Part shown: in pieces, positions 26,465 to 34,651 of the stretch | How the letters are laid out: each line of letters begins with the position of its first letter | Position numbering within the stretch: the stretch's first letter is position 1 | Origin: a virus | Lineage: Duplodnaviria; Heunggongvirae; Uroviricota; Caudoviricetes | IMG/VR virus record: IMGVR_UViG_2648501802_000001 | Length of the DNA stretch: 36,013 nucleotides | Reading direction: 5' to 3' (one strand) | Notes under the pieces: model-generated | Told to the model about the DNA's origin: nothing | The model's database searches: none | Seen by the model: only the letters and a program-made list of their open reading frames with translations | Made by a program: the position numbers and the translations under genes

Positions 26465-26472
26465 ACCAACGT
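26456..26472. repeat. Right inversion crossover site (hix/gix-like)
   Basis: TTCTCCCAAACCAACGT, inverted repeat of 24556-24572. Confidence 0.6.
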
Positions 26473-26607
26473 TTTATGGAATCGGTTAAATATGATGTTG
26501 AAAGAAGGGAGTGTCCTAGTATTGATTGTTAGATAAAAATGGAAAGTGCTGATTGTAACGGTATATTTTAAGATGGTAACACCAAATGGTGCTACCATCT
26601 TTATTAG

Positions 26608-26925
26608 TTATCTGTTCCTTCTGAGGATTCCGCTACTCCCTTGTGTTGTAGGGTTTAATTTTTTCCAATAATGATAACCTTGTGATGTAATCCTTAGAGA
26701 GGCAGTATCTACACTCCATCCATCAATACTTTCAGGAGAACCATCGAAGATTACCTTTCCTGTAAGATACCCATCGTCATGCAGAAAGGCGATATATCCA
26801 TAAACTTCTTTTAAATCACCAATTTCATTGACTAGGCGTTCCCACGCTTGAACAGTGATTCTCTCTGGATAGGCTTCGACAAAATATTTCAGTGTGGTAG
26901 TTTTTTTATTGGTATCGATGTTCAT
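26608..26925 (-). CDS. Orphan 105-aa hypothetical protein in the Z/fun hotspot position
   Basis: ATG with AAGGA RBS; AT-rich; divergent from the invertase gene. Confidence 0.6.
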   Translation of the reverse strand: MNIDTNKKTTTLKYFVEAYPERITVQAWERLVNEIGDLKEVYGYIAFLHDDGYLTGKVIFDGSPESIDGWSVDTASLRITSQGYHYWKKLNPTTQGSSGILRRNR

Positions 26926-27123
26926 CAGATTTTCCTTTTATTGAGGTCAACCTATCTTACCATACTTATTTGTTTCACATGGGAATGCTAAGTGGGCTAT
27001 GTATCCACTATCAGTAAATATTCTTATCCAGCAAGATTACTGTAACTGAGAGCTCCATAGCCTTGTCCGCTTGTACATATATAGATAATTCTGTGTCATT
27101 ATTCTGTTTTTATAGGGATTTTT

Positions 27124-27717
27124 ATGCGTATAGGTTATGTTCGTGTATCAACAAATGACCAGAACACGGAATTGCAGCGTAACGCGCTCGAGTGCGCAGG
27201 ATGTGAGCTGATTTTTGAGGATAAAATCAGCGGCACGAAGTCCGACCGACCGGGGCTGAAAAAACTGCTCAGAACATTATCAGCAGGTGACACTCTGGTA
27301 GTCTGGAAGCTGGACAGGCTGGGGCGTAGTATGCGGCATCTGGTCATTCTGGTTGAGGAACTGCGCGAACGCGGCATTAATTTTCGCAGCCTGACAGATG
27401 CTATTGATACCAGCACGCCGATGGGGCGTTTTTTCTTTCATGTGATGGGTGCCCTGGCTGAAATGGAACGAGAACTCATTGTCGAACGGACTCGGGCCGG
27501 GCTGGAAGCGGCCAGAGCCAAAGGTCGTATTGGTGGCAGACGTCCTAAACTCACCACGAGTGAGTGGGAGCAGGTCGGGCGTTTGCTGGCTGCAGGGGAG
27601 TCACGTCAACGCGTGGCACTGATTTTTGATATTGGCCTGTCCACGCTCTATAAAAAATTTCCCTCATCAGCGATAAAGAATAAATTGTGTCATCCCTTAG
27701 CCAACCGGGACAAATAG
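27124..27717 (+). CDS. Serine DNA invertase (Hin/Gin/Pin/Cin family)
   Basis: MRIGYVRVSTNDQ... with catalytic Ser region; LVVWKLDRLGRS; C-terminal HTH. Confidence 0.9.
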   Translation: MRIGYVRVSTNDQNTELQRNALECAGCELIFEDKISGTKSDRPGLKKLLRTLSAGDTLVVWKLDRLGRSMRHLVILVEELRERGINFRSLTDAIDTSTPMGRFFFHVMGALAEMERELIVERTRAGLEAARAKGRIGGRRPKLTTSEWEQVGRLLAAGESRQRVALIFDIGLSTLYKKFPSSAIKNKLCHPLANRDK

Positions 27718-27776
27718 CCTGACATCTCCGGCACAACTGAAAATATCACTCACCCATTAACCACGGAGTTAAACGG

Positions 27777-28967
27777 ATGAGTGACTATCATCACGGCGTG
27801 CAGGTGCTGGAGATTAACGACGGCACCCGCGTCATTTCCACCGTATCCACTGCCATTGTCGGCATGGTCTGCACGGCCAGCGATGCGGATGCGGAAACCT
27901 TCCCCCTCAATAAACCTGTGCTGATTACCAATGTGCAGAGCGCAATTGCAAAGGCCGGTAAAAAAGGCACGCTGGCGGCATCGTTGCAGGCCATCGCCGA
28001 CCAGTCAAAACCGGTCACCGTTGTCGTGCGTGTGGAAGACGGCACCGGCGACGACGAGGAAACGAAACTCGCGCAGACTGTTTCCAATATCATCGGCACC
28101 ACCGACGAAAACGGTCAGTACACCGGACTGAAAGCCCTGCTGGCGGCGGAGTCTGTTACCGGTGTTAAACCGCGTATTCTCGGCGTGCCGGGACTGGACA
28201 CCAAAGAGGTGGCTGTTGCACTGGCATCAGTCTGTCAGAAGCTGCGCGCTTTCGGATATATCAGCGCATGGGGCTGTAAGACCATTTCCGAGGTGAAAGC
28301 CTACCGCCAGAATTTCAGCCAGCGTGAGCTGATGGTCATCTGGCCGGATTTCCTCGCATGGGATACGGTCACCAGTACCACCGCCACCGCGTATGCCACC
28401 GCCCGTGCGCTGGGTCTGCGCGCTAAAATCGACCAGGAGCAGGGCTGGCATAAAACGCTGTCCAACGTCGGGGTGAACGGTGTTACCGGCATCAGCGCCT
28501 CTGTATTCTGGGATTTGCAGGAGTCCGGCACCGATGCTGACCTGCTTAATGAGTCAGGCGTCACTACGCTGATTCGCCGCGACGGTTTCCGCTTCTGGGG
28601 TAACCGTACCTGCTCTGATGACCCGCTGTTCCTCTTTGAAAACTACACCCGCACCGCGCAGGTGCTGGCCGACACGATGGCTGAGGCGCACATGTGGGCG
28701 GTGGACAAGCCCATCACCGCAACGCTGATTCGCGACATCGTTGACGGCATCAATGCCAAATTCCGTGAGCTGAAAACAAACGGCTATATCGTGGATGCGA
28801 CCTGCTGGTTCAGCGAAGAATCCAACGATGCGGAAACCCTCAAGGCCGGAAAACTGTATATCGACTACGACTATACCCCGGTGCCTCCTCTTGAAAACCT
28901 GACCCTGCGCCAGCGTATCACCGATAAATACCTGGCAAATCTGGTCACCTCGGTTAACAGCAATTAA
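27777..28967 (+). CDS. FI: Tail sheath protein
   Basis: 396 aa, P2 gpFI-like (MSDYHHGVQVLEIN...). Confidence 0.92.
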   Translation: MSDYHHGVQVLEINDGTRVISTVSTAIVGMVCTASDADAETFPLNKPVLITNVQSAIAKAGKKGTLAASLQAIADQSKPVTVVVRVEDGTGDDEETKLAQTVSNIIGTTDENGQYTGLKALLAAESVTGVKPRILGVPGLDTKEVAVALASVCQKLRAFGYISAWGCKTISEVKAYRQNFSQRELMVIWPDFLAWDTVTSTTATAYATARALGLRAKIDQEQGWHKTLSNVGVNGVTGISASVFWDLQESGTDADLLNESGVTTLIRRDGFRFWGNRTCSDDPLFLFENYTRTAQVLADTMAEAHMWAVDKPITATLIRDIVDGINAKFRELKTNGYIVDATCWFSEESNDAETLKAGKLYIDYDYTPVPPLENLTLRQRITDKYLANLVTSVNSN

Positions 28968-28979
28968 GGAGCCTGACCG

Positions 28980-29498
28980 ATGGCAATGCCGCGCAAACTC
29001 AAGTTAATGAACGTCTTTCTGAACGGCTACAGCTATCAGGGCGTTGCAAAGTCCGTCACGCTGCCCAAACTGACCCGTAAGCTCGAAAACTATCGCGGTG
29101 CGGGGATGAACGGCAGCGCACCGGTAGACCTCGGCCTTGATGACGATGCGCTGTCAATGGAGTGGTCGCTCGGGGGCTTCCCGGATTCGGTTATCTGGGA
29201 GCTTTACGCCGCAACCGGTGTGGATGCCGTACCGATTCGTTTTGCAGGCTCTTACCAGCGTGACGATACCGGCGAAACGGTGGCCGTCGAGGTGGTCATG
29301 CGTGGACGTCAGAAAGAAATCGACACCGGCGAGGGTAAACAGGGAGAAGACACCGAGTCGAAAATCTCCGTGGTCTGCACCTATTTCCGGCTGACGATGG
29401 ACGGTAAGGAGCTGGTCGAAATTGACACCATCAACATGATTGAGAAGGTGAACGGCGTCGACCGGCTGGAGCAACACCGCCGCAATATCGGCCTGTGA
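28980..29498 (+). CDS. FII: Tail tube protein
   Basis: 172 aa, P2 gpFII-like. Confidence 0.9.
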   Translation: MAMPRKLKLMNVFLNGYSYQGVAKSVTLPKLTRKLENYRGAGMNGSAPVDLGLDDDALSMEWSLGGFPDSVIWELYAATGVDAVPIRFAGSYQRDDTGETVAVEVVMRGRQKEIDTGEGKQGEDTESKISVVCTYFRLTMDGKELVEIDTINMIEKVNGVDRLEQHRRNIGL

Positions 29499-29554
29499 TT
29501 TTCATCCGGTCAGCCTGGCTGACCGGTTAACCCCGATTCATAAGTGAGAAAACC

Positions 29555-29830
29555 ATGAACAAAGAAAATGTGATTACCCTGGACAATCCGGTTAAACGTG
29601 GTGAGCAGGTTATCGAACAGGTCACGCTGATGAAACCCAATGCCGGGACGCTGCGCGGTGTCAGTCTGGCAGCGGTCGCAAACTCTGAAGTCGATGCACT
29701 GATTAAGGTGCTGCCGCGCATGACTGCACCGATGCTGACCGAGCAGGAAGTCGCCGCACTGGAACTGCCTGACCTTGTGGCGCTGGCCGGTAAGGTGGTC
29801 GGTTTTTTGTCGCCGAACTCGGTGCAGTGA
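29555..29830 (+). CDS. E: Tail assembly chaperone E
   Basis: 91 aa ending ...VVGFLSPNSVQ. Confidence 0.85.
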   Translation: MNKENVITLDNPVKRGEQVIEQVTLMKPNAGTLRGVSLAAVANSEVDALIKVLPRMTAPMLTEQEVAALELPDLVALAGKVVGFLSPNSVQ

Positions 29831-29982
29831 CGTTTCCGAAAAATCTCTCGGTCGATGACCTGATGGCGGATGTGGCAGTGATATTTCACTGGCCGCCATC
29901 AGAACTGTATCCCATGAGCCTGACCGAACTCATCACATGGCGCGAAAAGGCGCTCCGGCGAAGCGGAAACACGAATGAGTAA
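29555..29982 (+). CDS. E': Tail assembly chaperone E+E' (product of programmed -1 frameshift)
   Basis: Slippery TTTTTTG at 29803-29809; the -1 frame stays open to TAA at 29980-29982 (…ITWREKALRRSGNTNE*), overlapping the T start. Confidence 0.65.
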
Positions 29983-32422
29983 CAATGTAAAATTACAGGT
30001 ATTGCTCAGGGCTGTTGACCAGGCATCCCGCCCGTTTAAATCCATCCGCACAGCGAGCAGGTCGCTGTCGGGCGATATCCGGGAAACACAAAAATCACTG
30101 CGCGAGCTGAACGGTCACGCATCCCGTATTGAGGGATTTCGCAAGACCAGTGCACAGCTCGCCGTGACTGGTCATGCACTTGAAAAGGCTCGGCAGGAGG
30201 CCGAAGCCCTTGCCACACAGTTTAAAAACACCGAACGTCCGACCCGTGCTCAGGCGAAAGTGCTGGAATCCGCAAAGCGTGCGGCGGAGGACTTACAGGC
30301 GAAATATAACCGCCTGACGGATTCCGTTAAACGCCAGCAGCGGGAACTGGCCGCTGTGGGAATTAATACCCGCAATCTTGCACATGATGAGCAGGGACTG
30401 AAAAACCGTATCAGTGAAACCACCGCACAGCTTAACCGTCAGCGTGACGCGCTGGCGCGTGTCAGTGCGCAACAGGCAAAACTTAACGCAGTAAAACAGC
30501 GTTATCAGGCCGGAAAGGAACTGGCCGGAAATATGGCCTCAGTGGGCGCTGCCGGTGTGGGGATTGCGGCGGCGGGAACGATGGCCGGTGTTAAGCTGCT
30601 GATGCCCGGTTATGAGTTTGCGCAGAAAAACTCAGAATTGCAGGCTGTGCTGGGAGTGGCAAAAGACTCCGCCGAAATGACCGCACTCCGCAAGCAGGCG
30701 CGCCAGCTCGGCGACAATACCGCAGCCTCGGCAGATGATGCAGCCGGTGCACAGATAATCATCGCGAAAGCGGGTGGGGATGTTGATGCCATTCAGGCGG
30801 CAACGCCGGTCACGCTGAATATGGCGCTGGCGAACCGCCGCACGATGGAAGAAAACGCCGCCCTGCTGATGGGGATGAAATCCGCCTTTCAGCTTTCAAA
30901 CGATAAGGTCGCTCATATCGGGGATGTTCTCTCCATGACGATGAACAAAACCGCCGCCGATTTTGACGGCATGAGCGATGCGCTGACCTATGCCGCACCT
31001 GTGGCAAAAAATGCCGGTGTCAGCATTGAAGAAACCGCCGCAATGGTCGGGGCGCTGCATGATGCAAAAATCACAGGCTCAATGGCGGGGACGGGAAGCC
31101 GTGCCGTGTTAAGCCGCCTGCAGGCACCGACGGGAAAAGCATGGGATGCACTCAAAGAGCTTGGAGTGAAAACCTCAGACAGCAAGGGAAACACCCGGCC
31201 AATATTTACCATTCTGAAAGAAATGCAGGCCAGTTTTGAGAAAAACCGGCTCGGTACTGCCCAGCAGGCTGAATACATGAAAACTATTTTCGGGGAGGAG
31301 GCCAGCTCAGCCGCCGCCGTGCTGATGACTGCCGCCTCAACCGGAAAGCTGGACAAACTGACCGCTGCGTTTAAAGCCTCAGACGGGAAGACCGCCGAGC
31401 TGGTAAATATCATGCAGGACAACCTAGGCGGTGACTTTAAGGAGTTTCAGTCTGCTTATGAGGCGGTGGGGACTGACCTGTTTGACCAGCAGGAAGGCGC
31501 ACTGCGTAATCTCACGCAGACGGCCACAAAGTATGTGTTAAAACTCGACGGCTGGATCCAGAAAAACAAATCACTGGCGTCAACCATCGGACTTATTGTC
31601 GGTGGCGCACTGGCGCTTATTGGCATCATCGGTGCAATTGGTCTTGTAGCCTGGTCGGTTATCACCGGCATCAATGCCATCATCGCGGCAGCAGGCGCAA
31701 TGGGGGCAATCTTCACGACGGTTGGCAGTGCTGTTATGACGGCCATCGGGGCGATTAGCTGGCCGGTTGTGGCCGTGGTGGCCGCCATTGTCGCCGGGGC
31801 GTTGCTTATCCGTAAATACTGGGAGCCTGTCAGCGCATTCTTTGGCGGTGTGGTGGAAGGGCTGAAAGCGGCATTTGCGCCGGTGGGGGAACTGTTCACG
31901 CCACTTAAACCGGTTTTTGACTGGCTGGGTGAAAAGTTACAGGCCGCGTGGCAGTGGTTTAAAAACCTGATTGCCCCGGTTAAAGCCACCCAGGACACCC
32001 TGAACCGTTGCCGTGACACGGGGGTCATGTTCGGGCAGGCACTGGCTGACGCGCTGATGCTGCCGCTTAATGCGTTCAACAAACTGCGCAGCGGTATTGA
32101 CTGGGTACTGGAAAAACTCGGTGTTATCAACAAAGAGTCAGACACACTTGACCAGACCGCCGTCAGAACTCATGCCGCCACGTATGGCACCGGTGGTTAT
32201 ATTCCGGCGACCAGCTCTTATGCAGGTTATCAGGCTTATCAGCCGGTTACGGCACCGGCTGGCCGCTCTTATGTGGACCAGAGTAAAAACGAATATCACA
32301 TCAGCCTGACGGGTGGTACTGCGCCGGGGACACAGCTTGACCGCCAGTTACAGGATGCGCTCGAAAAATACGAGCGGGATAAACGTGCGCGCGCCCGTGC
32401 CAGCATGATGCATGACGGTTAA
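29975..32422 (+). CDS. T: Tail tape measure protein
   Basis: 815 aa; coiled-coil N-terminus and Gly/Ala-rich TM-like region. Confidence 0.92.
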   Translation: MSNNVKLQVLLRAVDQASRPFKSIRTASRSLSGDIRETQKSLRELNGHASRIEGFRKTSAQLAVTGHALEKARQEAEALATQFKNTERPTRAQAKVLESAKRAAEDLQAKYNRLTDSVKRQQRELAAVGINTRNLAHDEQGLKNRISETTAQLNRQRDALARVSAQQAKLNAVKQRYQAGKELAGNMASVGAAGVGIAAAGTMAGVKLLMPGYEFAQKNSELQAVLGVAKDSAEMTALRKQARQLGDNTAASADDAAGAQIIIAKAGGDVDAIQAATPVTLNMALANRRTMEENAALLMGMKSAFQLSNDKVAHIGDVLSMTMNKTAADFDGMSDALTYAAPVAKNAGVSIEETAAMVGALHDAKITGSMAGTGSRAVLSRLQAPTGKAWDALKELGVKTSDSKGNTRPIFTILKEMQASFEKNRLGTAQQAEYMKTIFGEEASSAAAVLMTAASTGKLDKLTAAFKASDGKTAELVNIMQDNLGGDFKEFQSAYEAVGTDLFDQQEGALRNLTQTATKYVLKLDGWIQKNKSLASTIGLIVGGALALIGIIGAIGLVAWSVITGINAIIAAAGAMGAIFTTVGSAVMTAIGAISWPVVAVVAAIVAGALLIRKYWEPVSAFFGGVVEGLKAAFAPVGELFTPLKPVFDWLGEKLQAAWQWFKNLIAPVKATQDTLNRCRDTGVMFGQALADALMLPLNAFNKLRSGIDWVLEKLGVINKESDTLDQTAVRTHAATYGTGGYIPATSSYAGYQAYQPVTAPAGRSYVDQSKNEYHISLTGGTAPGTQLDRQLQDALEKYERDKRARARASMMHDG

Positions 32423-32436
32423 GGAGGTGACGAAAA

Positions 32437-32916
32437 ATGATGCTCGCGTTAGGTATGTTTGTTTTTATGCGCCAGACGCTGCCACACCAGACCATGCAGC
32501 GTGAATCAGATTATCGCTGGCCATCAAATTCCCGTATCGGCAAACGGGATGCCTTTCAATTTCTCGGTGTGGGTGAGGAAAACATCACGCTTGCCGGTGT
32601 GCTTTATCCCGAACTGACCGGCGGAAAGCTGACGATGACCACGCTCAGGCTGATGGCAGAGGAAGGCCGGGCGTGGCCGTTGCTGGATGGCACAGGCATG
32701 ATTTACGGCATGTATGTCATCAGCAGGGTGAGTGAAACAGGGAGTATTTTCTTTGCAGACGGCACACCCCGGAAAATTGATTTTACGCTGTCACTCACCC
32801 GCGTGGATGAATCACTGGCCGCGCTTTATGGCGATATCGGTAAACAGGCGGAGTCGCTCATCGGTAAGGCCGGTAGTCTGGCGACCAGATTCACGGGGAT
32901 GACGGGGGCGGAATAA
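32437..32916 (+). CDS. U: Tail protein U
   Basis: 159 aa, P2 gpU-like. Confidence 0.88.
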   Translation: MMLALGMFVFMRQTLPHQTMQRESDYRWPSNSRIGKRDAFQFLGVGEENITLAGVLYPELTGGKLTMTTLRLMAEEGRAWPLLDGTGMIYGMYVISRVSETGSIFFADGTPRKIDFTLSLTRVDESLAALYGDIGKQAESLIGKAGSLATRFTGMTGAE

Positions 32917-34079
32917 TGCTGGATGCGCTGACATTTGATGCAGGCAGTACGCTGACGCCGGATTACATGCTGATGCTCGACAGCAGGGATATTACCGGCA
33001 ATATCAGCGACCGTCTGATGAGCATGACCCTGACGGATAACCGGGGCTTTGAGGCTGATCAGCTTGATATTGAACTGAACGATGCCGACGGGCAGGTCGA
33101 ACTGCCGGTTCGTGGCGCTGTCCTGACGGTGTATATCGGCTGGAAAGGTTTTGCCCTGGTATGCAAAGGGAAATTCACCGTTGATGAGGTAGAACACCGG
33201 GGCGCGCCGGATGTGGTCACCATCCGGGCCCGGAGTGCAGATTTTCGTGGCACGCTCAATTCCCGCCGTGAAGGCTCCTGGCATGACACCACGCTCGGTG
33301 CGATTGTTGAGGCGATAGCCTCCCGTAACAGGCTGGAAGCCAGTGTCGCTCCGTCACTGGCCGGAATTAAAATCCCGCACATCGACCAGTCGCAGGAGTC
33401 TGATGCAAAATTCCTGACCCGCCTTGCTGAACGCAACGGCGGTGAGGTGTCGGTAAAAATGGGAAAACTGTTGTTTCTCAAAGCGGGGCAGGGGGTGACG
33501 GCCAGCGGTAAAAAAATCCCGCAGGTCACCATAACCCGCAGCGACGGCGACCGCCATCATTTTGCGATTGCTGACCGTGGAGCCTATACCGGTGTAACGG
33601 CAAAGTGGTTACACACCAAAGACCCGAAGCCGCAAAAGCAGAAGGTAAAACTGAAACGCAAAAAGAAAGAGAAACACCTGCGCGCACTGGAGCACCCGAA
33701 AGCGAAACCAGTCACGCAGAAGAAAGCGCCAAAAGTACCGGAAGCGCGCGAAGGTGAATACATGGCCGGTGAGGCTGACAACGTTTTTGCACTGACCACG
33801 GTATATGCCACGAAAGCACAGGCCATGCGCGCCGCTCAGGCGAAGTGGGATAAACTGCAACGGGGCGTTGCGGAGTTCTCCATCAGCCTGGCTACCGGTC
33901 GGGCAGATATTTACACGGAAACACCGGTTAAAGTGTCAGGCTTTAAGCGCGTCATAGACGAGCAGGACTGGACAATCACTAAGGTGACACATTTTCTGAA
34001 TAATAGCGGCTTCACGACATCCCTAGAGCTTGAGGTCAGGCTTTCTGATGTGGAGTACGAAACAGAAGATGATGAGTGA
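32916..34079 (+). CDS. D: Tail protein D
   Basis: 387 aa, P2 gpD-like. Confidence 0.9.
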   Translation: MLDALTFDAGSTLTPDYMLMLDSRDITGNISDRLMSMTLTDNRGFEADQLDIELNDADGQVELPVRGAVLTVYIGWKGFALVCKGKFTVDEVEHRGAPDVVTIRARSADFRGTLNSRREGSWHDTTLGAIVEAIASRNRLEASVAPSLAGIKIPHIDQSQESDAKFLTRLAERNGGEVSVKMGKLLFLKAGQGVTASGKKIPQVTITRSDGDRHHFAIADRGAYTGVTAKWLHTKDPKPQKQKVKLKRKKKEKHLRALEHPKAKPVTQKKAPKVPEAREGEYMAGEADNVFALTTVYATKAQAMRAAQAKWDKLQRGVAEFSISLATGRADIYTETPVKVSGFKRVIDEQDWTITKVTHFLNNSGFTTSLELEVRLSDVEYETEDDE

Positions 34080-34160
34080 TGTTTTTATTTTATCTATTTG
34101 TTTTATAGGGATAAATTAACTAAAATGGCACCATCAACAAAACCGGAAGAGGTGCTCGCG

Positions 34161-34379
34161 ATGTTTCATTGTCCTTTATGCCAGCATGCCGCACATGCGC
34201 GTACAAGTCGCTATATCACTGACACGACAAAAGAGCGTTATCACCAGTGTCAGAACGTGAATTGCAGCGCCACGTTCATCACTTATGAGTCGGTACAGCG
34301 ATACATCGTGAAGCCGGGAGAAGTCCACGCCGTAAGACCGCACCCGTTGCCGTCAGGGCAGCAAATTATGTGGATGTAA
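34161..34379 (+). CDS. ogr: Late transcription activator Ogr (zinc finger)
   Basis: 72 aa MFHCPLCQHAAHARTSRY...CQNVNCSATF with a Cys4 zinc-binding motif; the track ORF starts 21 codons upstream. Confidence 0.9.
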   Translation: MFHCPLCQHAAHARTSRYITDTTKERYHQCQNVNCSATFITYESVQRYIVKPGEVHAVRPHPLPSGQQIMWM

Positions 34380-34391
34380 TTACAAACAGAA

Positions 34392-34416
34392 AGCCCCTCA
34401 GTTGAGGGGCTTTTTT
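34392..34416 (+). terminator. Rho-independent terminator after ogr
   Basis: AGCCCCTC-AGTT-GAGGGGCT hairpin followed by T6. Confidence 0.75.
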
Positions 34417-34479
34417 GTCGATGTGGTCAATATGTGGACGTGACCAGAAATAAATCCTTTTATTTCAATTTGTTGTGCG

Positions 34480-34507
34480 TAAAAAATAAGCCCGTGTAAG
34501 GGAGATT
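34480..34507. repeat. attR core (3' end of cyaR)
   Basis: Identical to 475-502. Confidence 0.85.
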
Positions 34508-34567
34508 ACACAGGCTAAGGAGGTGGTTCCTGGTACAGCTAGCATTTTATGGGTTATGTTTTTCAGC
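34481..34567 (-). ncRNA. cyaR: CyaR (RyeE) Hfq-dependent sRNA
   Basis: Reverse complement reads GCTGAAAAACATAACCCATAAAATGCTAGCTGTACCAGGAACCACCTCCTTAGCCTGTGTAATCTCCCTTACACGGGCTTATTTTTT, which matches CyaR as I recall it; a CRP-like half-site (TCACA) lies upstream on the minus strand. Confidence 0.85.
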
Positions 34568-34651
34568 GAAACGGATGATAACCTTAATAAATGCAGCTGT
34601 ATGTGATCGGTTTCTAAGAATTTTCCATCCGGGAAAAATAATCGAAATTAA

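Larger units (their letters stand above)
475..34507. mobile_element. P2-like prophage, from attL core to attR core
   Basis: Complete P2 gene order recognised from ORF translations (int, C, cox, B, A, Q, P, O, N, M, L, X, Y, K, lysA/B/C, R, S, V, W, J, I, H, FI, FII, E, T, U, D, ogr), bounded by a direct repeat. Confidence 0.9.

Noticed and set aside
30988-32145. Minus-strand ORFs (144 and 229 aa) inside tape-measure gene T
   Set aside because: Ala/Ser-rich antisense translations of a GC-rich gene; no independent signals.
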